Below are positions 50,721 through 59,893 of a DNA stretch of 64,000 nt, in pieces (positions within the stretch are counted from its first letter, which is position 1; each line of letters begins with the position of its first letter). Source of the DNA: Bacilli bacterium (GTDB lineage Bacteria > Bacillota_I > Bacilli_A > ML615J-28 > CAG-313); the NCBI GenBank assembly GCA_045119035.1, contig JBGVCU010000036.1, forward strand, positions 9,060 through 73,059, given 5' to 3'. The notes beneath the pieces are model-generated. The model saw only the letters and a program-made list of their open reading frames with translations, ran no database searches and was not told the origin of the DNA. The translations under genes were made by a program, and so were the position numbers.

Positions 50721-51724
50721 TGGAAAAAATTACAATCTTAGGAGCTGGAAGTTGGGGTAGTGCCTTAGCAAGAATCTTAGGTGATAATAAACATAATGTA
50801 GTTTTATATGATACAGATCAAGCTACAATTGATGAAATAAATTTGTATCATACAAATGAAAAAAAACTACCTGGTGGAATATTACCACTTAACGTAAGTG
50901 CTACGACTTCAATGGTTGAAGCGTTAAATGATTCAACAATAGTTTTAATTTCCGTTCCTACAAAAGTTATCAGACCTGTTTTAAAAGAGGTCAATAATCA
51001 TTTATCTAATAAATTACTTTTCGTCAACGCTAGTAAAGGTTTAGAACCCGATACTTTTAAAAGAGTATCCCAAATCGTTGAAGAAGAAATAAATAAAGAA
51101 TATTTAGAAGGATTTGTTTGTTTAACTGGTCCATCACACGCTGAAGAAGTTATTGAACAATTGCTTACTGCAATTACAGCTGCAAGTACAAATATCGATC
51201 ATGCTAGAAGAATTCAAAAGATTTTTAGTAATCAAACCTATTTTAGAGTTTATACTCAAAGCGATTTAATAGGTGCTGAATTAGGTGGTTCTTTAAAAAA
51301 TATATACGCTATTGCATCTGGAATGTTACATGGATTAGGTTTAGGAGATAATGCTAAAGCAGCTCTTATAACTCGTGCGTTAACAGAAATGCGTAGACTT
51401 GCAATTGCAATGGGAGCAAAAGAAAAAACTTTATCAGGTTTAACTGGTGTAGGAGATTTAGTTGTTACAGCTACTTCACATCATTCTCGTAATTTCCAAG
51501 CTGGTGTACAACTAGCTACAGGTAAAAATTTAGAAGAAGTTATTAATAATATGTCAATGGTTGTAGAAGGTGCAAGAACATGTGAATCAGCATATTTTGC
51601 AGCAAAACATTATAAAGTTGATGTTCCAATCATTGAAGCTGTATATGATGTAATTTATTTACACACACCTGTAAATGACGCTATAAAAAAGATAATGGCT
51701 AGAACATTAAAAGATGAGGATTAA
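50720..51724 (+). CDS. gpsA: NAD(P)H-dependent glycerol-3-phosphate dehydrogenase
   Basis: Rossmann ILGAGSWGSALA motif. cmk-rpsA-der-gpsA synteny as in Bacillus. Confidence 0.9.
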   Translation: MEKITILGAGSWGSALARILGDNKHNVVLYDTDQATIDEINLYHTNEKKLPGGILPLNVSATTSMVEALNDSTIVLISVPTKVIRPVLKEVNNHLSNKLLFVNASKGLEPDTFKRVSQIVEEEINKEYLEGFVCLTGPSHAEEVIEQLLTAITAASTNIDHARRIQKIFSNQTYFRVYTQSDLIGAELGGSLKNIYAIASGMLHGLGLGDNAKAALITRALTEMRRLAIAMGAKEKTLSGLTGVGDLVVTATSHHSRNFQAGVQLATGKNLEEVINNMSMVVEGARTCESAYFAAKHYKVDVPIIEAVYDVIYLHTPVNDAIKKIMARTLKDED

Positions 51725-51728
51725 AAAT

Positions 51729-52718
51729 ATGAAGGATATTTTTAATGATGAAATAATTGATTATATTAATCAGTTTAAAAAGATTGAACCAAATTTAATA
51801 TTATCGATCGGTATCATTAAGAATAACCAAAAATCCTATTTTATGTTTTCAAACAACAATGAAACAATTAATAATGATTTTTTATATGATATAGGATCGA
51901 TCACCAAAGTATATACTGCTTTGGTGATTTCTTATTTAATCAATCAAAATAGACTATTTCTAGAAGATGAAATGGATAAATACCTTAATTTAAAATTTCA
52001 AACGCCCACAATTGAGCATCTTTTAACTCACACAGCATATAGACCATTTATTTCATTAAAGTTTATGATTAGAAATTTTTTAAAATTGAATTATTTTAAA
52101 AATAATCCTTATCATAATAAGGATGAAAAATATTTGATTAAATATATAAACAAACATAAAATAAAAGGAAAAAAAGATTATTTTTATTCGGATATAAATT
52201 ATGCTGTGCTTGGCAATATTATTTCTAAAATAGAAAATGATTCTTATTATAATATAATGAGTAATTTTATTAAAGATGAATTAAAATTATCTAATACAAA
52301 ATTTACATTTGATTTTAAAAATAAATTAGAATCATATTATAGAAAGAAAAAAGCTAAACCTTTTGTATGGTCAAAAGATGATGTATTTTTATCTGCTGGA
52401 GGTCTTTCTACAAATATTTATGATAGTTTAAGTTTTATAGAATTATGTTTAAAAAGTAATAAGGATTATATTAAACAATCTTTAAAACCTATAAAAAAGA
52501 TATTGTTAAACAAATATAAAATGAAAATAGGTTATGCATGGCATATTACAGAAAACGGAAATTTATATTATCATCGCGGTGCTGTTGGGTGTTATAGATC
52601 CATTTATATGTTTAATAAAAACTCTAATTTAGGTATTGTTATTTTATCTAATTGTATTGGTAATCAACTATTTAATATAAACAAATTGTCTAAACAAATA
52701 TATAAAAATTTAAAATAG
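51729..52718 (+). CDS. beta-lactamase-fold serine hydrolase (class C / PBP4*-like esterase family)
   Basis: SxxK motif in DIGSITKVYTA. Candidate Y-x-N/D and H-x-G elements later in the sequence. Very Asn/Lys/Ile-rich. The ATG at 51729 with a GAGGA RBS is preferred over the track start 51714. Confidence 0.5.
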   Translation: MKDIFNDEIIDYINQFKKIEPNLILSIGIIKNNQKSYFMFSNNNETINNDFLYDIGSITKVYTALVISYLINQNRLFLEDEMDKYLNLKFQTPTIEHLLTHTAYRPFISLKFMIRNFLKLNYFKNNPYHNKDEKYLIKYINKHKIKGKKDYFYSDINYAVLGNIISKIENDSYYNIMSNFIKDELKLSNTKFTFDFKNKLESYYRKKKAKPFVWSKDDVFLSAGGLSTNIYDSLSFIELCLKSNKDYIKQSLKPIKKILLNKYKMKIGYAWHITENGNLYYHRGAVGCYRSIYMFNKNSNLGIVILSNCIGNQLFNINKLSKQIYKNLK

Positions 52719-52728
52719 ATATTTTTAC

Positions 52729-52761
52729 TGAATTATTAATAAAATAATTCAGTTTTTTAAT
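52729..52761 (+). terminator. rho-independent terminator after hydrolase gene
   Basis: ACTGAATTATT-aataa-AATAATTCAGT followed by T5. Confidence 0.8.
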
Positions 52762-52867
52762 ACAAAACATTTGCAAAATAATAAAACTTTATATATAATA
52801 TTATCAGTTTTTGTTTAGAATTACTAAACAAAATAATTAAAATTCGTAAACAAAGGAGTTGATTACT

Positions 52868-53401
52868 TTGAAAATCGGTAAAAAGATTAAAGAATTAAGA
52901 ACACTTTGTAATCTTACTCAAGAAGAACTTGCTAGTCGTACAGAACTTACCAAGGGATATATTTCACAACTTGAGAATGATTTAGCTGAACCTAGTGTAT
53001 CAACTTTATATGATATTATAAGTGCTCTTGGAACAAACATGAGTGATTTCTTTATGGAGGAAAAACAAACTCAAGTTGTATTTACAAAAGAAGATTATTT
53101 TATTAAAGAAAATAATGGTTATACAATTGAATGGTTAGTTCCTAATGCACAAAAGAATGAAATGGAACCAATTCTAATTACAATTAATCCTGGGGAACAA
53201 ACAGATCTTGACTATCCTCATGAAGGTCAAGAATTCGGTTATGTATTAGAAGGCGAAGTTGTATTATGTATTGATAATAAAACTCATCGAGTTAGAAAAG
53301 GGGAAACATTCTATTATGATTCATCAAAGAATCATTATTTAAAAAATGTAAAAGATAAAGTTTGTCGTATTATATGGGTTAGTAGCCCACCTAATTTTTA
53401 A
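52868..53401 (+). CDS. XRE-family HTH + C-terminal cupin transcriptional regulator (PuuR-like), likely regulator of potABCD
   Basis: N-terminal HTH_XRE (IKELRTLCNLTQEELASRTELTKGYISQLEN). C-terminal cupin (GYVLEGEV). TTG start 9 nt after an AAGGAG RBS is preferred over the track's TTG at 52859. Confidence 0.7.
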   Translation: MKIGKKIKELRTLCNLTQEELASRTELTKGYISQLENDLAEPSVSTLYDIISALGTNMSDFFMEEKQTQVVFTKEDYFIKENNGYTIEWLVPNAQKNEMEPILITINPGEQTDLDYPHEGQEFGYVLEGEVVLCIDNKTHRVRKGETFYYDSSKNHYLKNVKDKVCRIIWVSSPPNF

Positions 53402-53418
53402 TATTGGAGGCAGTATAA

Positions 53419-54930
53419 ATGAAAAAAGATGTTATTCTAGAATTGAAAAATGTTAAAAAATGTTTTGGTGATAATGTAGTTGTAGAAAATTTTAATTTAT
53501 ATGTTCAAAAAGGAGAATTTGTTACATTCCTAGGTCCATCTGGATGTGGTAAAACTACAACTTTAAGAATGATTGCTGGATTTGAATTACCTACAGAAGG
53601 TCAAATTTTATTAAATGGAGAAGATATTGCTCAATTACCTCCTTATAAAAGACCGCTTAATACTGTTTTCCAAAGATATGCATTATTCCAACATTTAGAT
53701 GTTTATGATAATATTGCGTATGGTTTAAAACTTAAAAAGATTCCTTATGAAGTTACTAAAAAGGATGGAACTAAGGTAACTAAATATCGTCATTATACAA
53801 AAGAAGAAATTAATGAAAAAATTAAAAAAGCTTTAAAAATTGTAGACTTAGAATCATTTGAAATGCGTGATGTAACTACTCTTTCAGGTGGTCAACAACA
53901 ACGTGTTGCTATTGCAAGAGCTATTGTTAATGAGCCAGAAATTTTACTTCTTGATGAACCTCTAGGAGCATTAGACTTAAAAATGCGTAAAGAAATGCAA
54001 CTTGAGCTTAAAGAAATGCACCGAAAACTAGGAATGACATTTATTTACGTTACACACGATCAAGAAGAAGCTCTTACAATGTCTGACACAATTGTTGTTA
54101 TGCAAGATGGTTGTATTCAACAAATTGGTACACCAATGGATATTTATAATGAACCAAAGAATGCCTTCGTAGCAGACTTTATTGGTGAATCTAATATTTA
54201 CGTAGGAACAATGATTGATGAGAAAAAAGTTCGTTTCTTAGGAACTACTTGGGATTGTATTGATGATTTTGCTAAAAACGAAAAAGTGGATGTTGTTGTT
54301 CGTCCTGAAGACATTATTATTCATACTGATGGAGAAGGGCAAGTTAAAGCTAAAATCGTTAATAAAATCTTTAAAGGAATTCATTATCAATATACAGCTA
54401 TGATTGGAAATAACGAAGTATTAATTCAATCAACAATAGATTATCCAACAAATATTATAGTTACTTTAACAATTGAACCTGAACTTATTCAAATTATGAA
54501 ACGTGAATATACTGCAAACATCTACAATGATGCATATATTAACAAACATAATAAAGTTGTATTTGCTGGAGCTACATGGGATTGTGATGTAACTCAACTT
54601 GTTAAAGGATCATACCTTGATGAAGAAGGATATTTCTATACTCCAAACGGAAAGAAATATGATTTAAATGATATCGATGTTATTGCTACTGTAGATATGA
54701 AAGATATTGAAATTAGCGATGATTTAGATAGCGGAAATATAACTGGTAATATTATTCAAATGGTATGGAAAGGTGACCACTATCAATTAATTATTAGAAC
54801 TGAAGAACAAGAAGACTTTATTGTAGATACTGAATGGACATGGAATGAAAATGATACTGTAAGTGTTAAGATTGATTCAAATAAAATCAAGATTAAATTG
54901 AAAGAAGATCTTTCTAAATATGAAGTTTAG
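53419..54930 (+). CDS. potA: spermidine/putrescine ABC transporter ATP-binding protein with duplicated C-terminal TOBE-like domain
   Basis: Walker A GPSGCGKTT, signature LSGGQQQRVAIAR, Walker B LLLDEP. 503 aa with two C-terminal repeats (FLGTTWDC.. and FAGATWDC..). Confidence 0.85.
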   Translation: MKKDVILELKNVKKCFGDNVVVENFNLYVQKGEFVTFLGPSGCGKTTTLRMIAGFELPTEGQILLNGEDIAQLPPYKRPLNTVFQRYALFQHLDVYDNIAYGLKLKKIPYEVTKKDGTKVTKYRHYTKEEINEKIKKALKIVDLESFEMRDVTTLSGGQQQRVAIARAIVNEPEILLLDEPLGALDLKMRKEMQLELKEMHRKLGMTFIYVTHDQEEALTMSDTIVVMQDGCIQQIGTPMDIYNEPKNAFVADFIGESNIYVGTMIDEKKVRFLGTTWDCIDDFAKNEKVDVVVRPEDIIIHTDGEGQVKAKIVNKIFKGIHYQYTAMIGNNEVLIQSTIDYPTNIIVTLTIEPELIQIMKREYTANIYNDAYINKHNKVVFAGATWDCDVTQLVKGSYLDEEGYFYTPNGKKYDLNDIDVIATVDMKDIEISDDLDSGNITGNIIQMVWKGDHYQLIIRTEEQEDFIVDTEWTWNENDTVSVKIDSNKIKIKLKEDLSKYEV

Positions 54931-55711
54931 AAGAAAACATTTAGCTATTCCTTATATTTTATTTATCCTTTGTTTTGTAATTATTCCAATTTTCTTTATT
55001 GTTTATTATGCTTTTACAAACAAAGGAGGAGAATTTTCATTCAGTAATGTTCAAAAGTTTTTATCTGATAAAACAAATATTGATGTTTTATTAATCTCTT
55101 TTTGTTATGCTATTGGAAATACAATTATTTGTTTATTAATAGGTTATCCTTTAGCACTTATTCTTGCAAATAAAAAATATAATAAATCTAGTGTAATAGT
55201 AATGTTATTTGTTTTACCGATGTGGATTAATTTTATCATCAGAACATCAGCAACACGTGATTTATTAAACTGGATTGGCTTGTCAACTGGAGCTAATTCT
55301 AATCTTACAACGATGATTGGGCTTGTATATAACTATTTACCTTTTGTTGTTTTACCGCTTTATACTACTATGTTAAAGATGGATAAAAATCAAATTGAAG
55401 CAAGCCGTGACTTAGGGGCAAATAGTATTCAAACTTTCTTTAGAGTTATTTTACCAATGACAATGCCTGGTATTGTATCTGCTACAACGATGGTATTTAT
55501 GCCAACACTATCATCATATGTAATTTCTGATATTTTATCTGAATATAATGTAGTTTTATTTGGAAGTTACATTGATTTATATTTCAACCAAGCTGATTGG
55601 AACTTTGGATCATTTATGGCATTAATTATGTTGGTTTTAATTGGTATTAGTGTTTTAATCTCTCGTAGATTTGAAAAAGAGGAAGAAGGAGGTAGAACAT
55701 CAATATGGTAA
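54920..55711 (+). CDS. potB: spermidine/putrescine ABC transporter permease
   Basis: Polytopic permease with an EAA-like loop (EASRDLGAN). Operon position. Confidence 0.85.
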   Translation: MKFRRKHLAIPYILFILCFVIIPIFFIVYYAFTNKGGEFSFSNVQKFLSDKTNIDVLLISFCYAIGNTIICLLIGYPLALILANKKYNKSSVIVMLFVLPMWINFIIRTSATRDLLNWIGLSTGANSNLTTMIGLVYNYLPFVVLPLYTTMLKMDKNQIEASRDLGANSIQTFFRVILPMTMPGIVSATTMVFMPTLSSYVISDILSEYNVVLFGSYIDLYFNQADWNFGSFMALIMLVLIGISVLISRRFEKEEEGGRTSIW

Positions 55712-56523
55712 AAAAAGAAACTGTTAAAAAGGTTGCTGCAAGATCATATTTAGGTTTAATCCTTCTACTTATGTATTTGCCAATTATTATTTTAATGATT
55801 TATTCATTTACTGATTCACTAAGACTTGGAGAATGGAATGGATTTACATTTAAATTATATGGTGATTTAATCGATAATAAAGAACTTATGAAGGCTACTC
55901 GAAACACATTAATAATTGCGTTATCGAATGCGACAGTATCTACTATTTTAGGTACGATTGGAGCCTTAGGTGTTTATTATTCTAGAAGAAGAGTTAAAAA
56001 AGTTGTAGAAGCAGCTACTCAACTTCCTGTAGTTAATGCTGAAATTGTTATGGCATTATCTTTAGCAGTTGTATTTAAGAGTTTAAATACAAGTTATAGT
56101 TTTGGAACATTACTACTTGGACATATGGTTTTAACTGTAGCTTTCGTTTATTTAAATGTTAAACCTAAGTTAGTTCAAATGGATCCGAATATTTATGAAG
56201 CTGCACTTGATTTAGGATCTACTCCTCGTCATGCTTTATTTAAAGTAGTGCTACCTGAAATACTTCCTGGTATTTTCTCTGGATTCTTAATTGCAATGAC
56301 ATTATCGTTAGACGATTTTGTTATTACTCAATATTTAAAAGAACCATCATTTGAAACTATTTCTACATACATTCAAAAAATTGTTGTAAAACACCCAATT
56401 CCAGCTGAAGTTAGAGCTTTAAGCACTATTATTACTTTAGTAGTATTTGTTGTTGTAATTGGAGTAACTGTTTATAATAATAAACAAGTTACAAAAACTA
56501 AACGTTTTAAGGGGGCTAAATAA
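55705..56523 (+). CDS. potC: spermidine/putrescine ABC transporter permease
   Basis: Polytopic permease with EAA-like loop (EAALDLGSTP). Confidence 0.85.
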   Translation: MVKKETVKKVAARSYLGLILLLMYLPIIILMIYSFTDSLRLGEWNGFTFKLYGDLIDNKELMKATRNTLIIALSNATVSTILGTIGALGVYYSRRRVKKVVEAATQLPVVNAEIVMALSLAVVFKSLNTSYSFGTLLLGHMVLTVAFVYLNVKPKLVQMDPNIYEAALDLGSTPRHALFKVVLPEILPGIFSGFLIAMTLSLDDFVITQYLKEPSFETISTYIQKIVVKHPIPAEVRALSTIITLVVFVVVIGVTVYNNKQVTKTKRFKGAK

Positions 56524-58260
56524 ATGAAAAAGATATTTTTAGCTTACTCTTTATTAATTATTAGTTTATTAGTATTTGTTCCAAGTGTAAATGCTCAAGA
56601 AAGTTTTACTGGAAGAACTCTTACTATTTATAATGTTGCTGATTACATTTCTACAAATGATAGCGATTATGTAGATTTAATTGAAAAATTTGAAGAAGAA
56701 TATAATGTAACAGTTAACTATTATACTTATGATACAAATGAAACAATGTATAATCAATTTAAACTTCAAAAAGAAGGTACATATGATTTAGTATGTACAT
56801 CTGATTATATGATTCAAAAAATGATTAAAGAAGATTTAGTAATTCCTTATGATGATTTAGCTACAGCTGTTCCTAACTACGCTAAATATGCATCAGGTAC
56901 TTTAAGAAATAAATTAAAGAATATGACCGTTCTTAAAGGAGATGAAATTGTAAATCTTGATGAATATGCAGTTGGTTACATGTGGGGAACTTTAGGAATT
57001 GTCTACAATCCTGATGTAATAGATAGAGCTGATGTTGAATCATGGGATGCTTTTTATGATGAAGATTATAAAAATTTAATCTCTATTAAAAACTCTATTC
57101 GTGATGCCTTTGTTGTTGGTGTTATGCATTCTTACAGCAAAGAAGCTGATTTTATTGAATTAAAAAATAATTATATCAATAATCCTAATGAAATAAACAA
57201 ACAAAAATATAATGAGAAAATTCAAAACATTTTTGATTTAAATGGATCTGAAGAAGAAAATTTACAAAAGATTGCTAGAGTTAAAGAAAAATTAATCAAT
57301 TTAAAAGAAAATATTTTTGGTTTTGAAGTTGACTCTGGTAAAAATGATATTGTATCAGGTGATAAGATTCAAATGAATTTAGCTTATTCTGGTGATGCTG
57401 TATTTTCTATCGGTGAAGCTGAAAAAGTCGGTAAAACTTTAGAATATAGTGTGCCACTTGATGGATCAAATATTTGGTATGATGCTTGGGTATTACCTAA
57501 AGGATCTACAAATAAAGATTTAGCTTATGAATTTTTAAATTTCTTATCTGACCCTAAAAATGCTTCAGACAATATGGATTATATTGGATATACGCCATAC
57601 ATTGTTGGTGATGATATTTTCACATTAACTGGTTCATGGTATGGAGCAACAGATTTTTGTATTACTTCAAATTATTATGAATACGTAGAAGAAGACGACT
57701 TTGGTGGAGAAATGGTTATCTTCAATAATGAGTTATTTACTTGTATTAAAGATAAACCAAGTGATTTATTAGTTGATCCTACTAACGAAGAATATTTTGA
57801 AAGCTGTGAGTATTCTGAAAATGAAACATATTTTTACGGAGATATGGTTAGTTATAATGGAACAATATATAATTGTATTACAGAAAATGAAGATGGAACT
57901 TCAGCATTTATACTTGATATAAACGCTTGGGAAGAAGTTGAACCATATAATCTTGAGTTTTTATTTTCTGGAACGCTTACAGAAGGGCGTAGAGCATTAG
58001 TTTATCCATATCTTGGATGTTTAAATTCTTTACAAACACAATATCCTTCTGAAGAAATAATCGCTAGATGTGCAATTATGAATGACTTCGGAACTTATAA
58101 CGAAAATGTTGTTATTATGTGGGGGCAAGTTAAAGCTTATACAAATATGTTACCTGTGTATATTTTCTTAACATTATTTGCTTTAATTGTAATTGTTTCT
58201 TTTACGTTTGTAATTGTTAGAAGAAGAATGATTTATAATTTCAAAAAAAATCTAAAATAG
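56524..58260 (+). CDS. potD: polyamine ABC transporter substrate-binding protein with a long C-terminal extension and C-terminal TM anchor
   Basis: N-terminal signal peptide plus a PotD/PotF-type SBP core. An extra roughly 200 aa Cys/Tyr-rich region follows. A C-terminal hydrophobic helix (LPVYIFLTLFALIVIVSFTFVIV) is followed by RRR. Confidence 0.75.
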   Translation: MKKIFLAYSLLIISLLVFVPSVNAQESFTGRTLTIYNVADYISTNDSDYVDLIEKFEEEYNVTVNYYTYDTNETMYNQFKLQKEGTYDLVCTSDYMIQKMIKEDLVIPYDDLATAVPNYAKYASGTLRNKLKNMTVLKGDEIVNLDEYAVGYMWGTLGIVYNPDVIDRADVESWDAFYDEDYKNLISIKNSIRDAFVVGVMHSYSKEADFIELKNNYINNPNEINKQKYNEKIQNIFDLNGSEEENLQKIARVKEKLINLKENIFGFEVDSGKNDIVSGDKIQMNLAYSGDAVFSIGEAEKVGKTLEYSVPLDGSNIWYDAWVLPKGSTNKDLAYEFLNFLSDPKNASDNMDYIGYTPYIVGDDIFTLTGSWYGATDFCITSNYYEYVEEDDFGGEMVIFNNELFTCIKDKPSDLLVDPTNEEYFESCEYSENETYFYGDMVSYNGTIYNCITENEDGTSAFILDINAWEEVEPYNLEFLFSGTLTEGRRALVYPYLGCLNSLQTQYPSEEIIARCAIMNDFGTYNENVVIMWGQVKAYTNMLPVYIFLTLFALIVIVSFTFVIVRRRMIYNFKKNLK

Positions 58261-58263
58261 ACT

Positions 58264-58300
58264 ATAAGACTTATCTTTTTAGGTAAGTCTTTTGTTTTGA
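58264..58300 (+). terminator. rho-independent terminator after potD
   Basis: TAAGACTTA-loop-TAAGTCTT followed by a T-rich tail. Confidence 0.6.
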
Positions 58301-58371
58301 AAAAAAGTTTAAAAAAAGTTATAATATTATAAATAAAAGTTATTATTTCATGTGTTATATAGGTGAATAAG

Positions 58372-58890
58372 ATGGAAATCAATAAAAAAATTTTGAACAA
58401 GTTAAAAGAACGAGATAATGATACTTTTGAACTTGTTTATTATGAATACAAAGATTTAGTATATTTTGTTGCATATAATATTTTAAAAAATTCATTTGAT
58501 ACAGATGAACTTGTTCAAGATGTATTTATTAAAATGTTAAAAGAACTTGATAAATTCGATGGAAGATTCTTTAAAGCTTGGCTTTTAAAAATGACTAAAA
58601 ATTTAGCCTTAAATAAATTAAGAACTCTTAATAAAGAAGATATTATTGAAGAAAATGAGGTTGAATTTATTAAATCTAATGATGAACTTAAACAAAGAGA
58701 TTATTTATTAGAATTAGAAGAAATACTTGATGAAAAAAGTTTCAAAATTGTCGTTTTACATTTAGTTTATGATTTGAAACATCGCGAAATTGCTGAATAT
58801 CTTGATTTACCACTTGGAACTGTATGTTCATTATATAATATATCAATGAAAAAGATTAAATCTATTTATAAGAAAGGAGGAAATAGATAA
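58372..58890 (+). CDS. ECF-type RNA polymerase sigma factor (sigma-70 region 2 and 4)
   Basis: Region 2 LVQDVFIKMLKE...FKAWLLKMTKNLALNKLR. Region 4 HTH REIAEYLDLPLGTVCSLYNISMKKIK. The ATG at 58372 with an AGGTGA RBS is preferred. Confidence 0.75.
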   Translation: MEINKKILNKLKERDNDTFELVYYEYKDLVYFVAYNILKNSFDTDELVQDVFIKMLKELDKFDGRFFKAWLLKMTKNLALNKLRTLNKEDIIEENEVEFIKSNDELKQRDYLLELEEILDEKSFKIVVLHLVYDLKHREIAEYLDLPLGTVCSLYNISMKKIKSIYKKGGNR

Positions 58891-59450
58891 TGCGTCAATT
58901 AAAGAAAATCCTTAAAGAACAATACTATATTGAAGCGCCAGATCAACTTAATCAAATTAAATCACAAGTTGAATTGAAATCATCTAAAACCTCTATTTAT
59001 CAGGAACTTAAATCAAAGAACTTTTATTTAAAACTTACTACAGTTTTCTCTGTTGTTATTGTTGTATTGTTAGGTATGTTAGTAATTAATAATTATTTTT
59101 CTAATCAAAATTACATGGCAGAACTAGACTCTAAACAAGAACTAGTAAACTCAATTTTTAGAGATAGAGTAAAAGAAGAAAATATCGAGAACATAGAACA
59201 AGTAGGAAGATTACTTCCGCTTGATGATGAAGAAATTGTTCATTTCGTAATGGTGTTTAGTGAATTAGAATTTAAGAAACCTCACTCAGGACCTGATTTA
59301 GAAAATAGGGAATATTTCGAATACATTATTACTTTTAAAGATGATTCGAATTTCTCAGTAACATTCTACGAAAATAACTATATTAAAATAGTATTAAATA
59401 AACAAGTATATTATTTCTACGAAGCTAATTCGTATAATAAAATAATGTAA
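58890..59450 (+). CDS. putative anti-sigma factor (single-pass membrane protein) cognate to upstream ECF sigma
   Basis: Start overlaps the sigma gene stop (ATAATG). One TM helix about 50 aa from the N-terminus. Extracytoplasmic C-terminal domain. Confidence 0.55.
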   Translation: MRQLKKILKEQYYIEAPDQLNQIKSQVELKSSKTSIYQELKSKNFYLKLTTVFSVVIVVLLGMLVINNYFSNQNYMAELDSKQELVNSIFRDRVKEENIENIEQVGRLLPLDDEEIVHFVMVFSELEFKKPHSGPDLENREYFEYIITFKDDSNFSVTFYENNYIKIVLNKQVYYFYEANSYNKIM

Positions 59451-59457
59451 CAAGTTT

Positions 59458-59496
59458 CACCCCTTAGGCATATGTTATACTAAGGGGTGTTTTTAT
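59458..59496 (+). terminator. rho-independent terminator after anti-sigma gene
   Basis: CACCCCTTAG-12 nt loop-CTAAGGGGTG followed by TTTTT. Confidence 0.8.
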
Positions 59497-59733
59497 TTGA
59501 ATATAAATAAAGCTTTAAATTTTATTTCTGAAAATAATATTTCTCCACAAGAAGTATTTAAATTAGTAGAAAAGGTAAAAAACTTAGATCTATCAAATGA
59601 AGCAAACATTAGAAGTGTAATTAGAGATGTATCAAAACTTGCTGGAAAACCAATCGATAAAAATAAAGAAAACTATATTGTAAAAGAAATTATGAAAAAC
59701 GGTATCTCTGACAATTTATTTAATTATCTATAA
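59497..59733 (+). CDS. hypothetical small protein (78 aa, TTG start)
   Basis: ORF immediately after the terminator; only RBS candidate is GGGGTG within the 3' arm of the terminator hairpin (cf. the noticed_but_rejected entry at 59453-59500). No recognisable motif. Confidence 0.3.
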   Translation: MNINKALNFISENNISPQEVFKLVEKVKNLDLSNEANIRSVIRDVSKLAGKPIDKNKENYIVKEIMKNGISDNLFNYL

Positions 59734-59828
59734 GAAGTGACCAATAGGTCGCTTTTTAGCGTTTAAATTAATATTTATCCATCATAATTTGTTTCGAACG
59801 CTTATGCGAGGGCTCTAATATAAAACAT

Positions 59829-59858
59829 TTGACAAGCAATAAAAAAATATGATATAAT
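59829..59858 (+). promoter_or_regulatory. putative sigma-A promoter (TTGACA-N18-TATAAT) for the CNNM/CorC gene
   Basis: Perfect -35 and -10 hexamers seen at 59829-59834 and 59853-59858. Confidence 0.5.
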
Positions 59859-59893
59859 ATTCCTATAATTTTTATAAGGATGGTGAATTTACC

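Noticed and set aside
59453-59500. Considered the GGGGTG in the terminator stem as evidence the downstream 78-aa ORF is a bona fide coupled gene
   Set aside because: The Shine-Dalgarno-like sequence is part of the hairpin 3' arm and would be sequestered. Kept the ORF only as a low-confidence feature.
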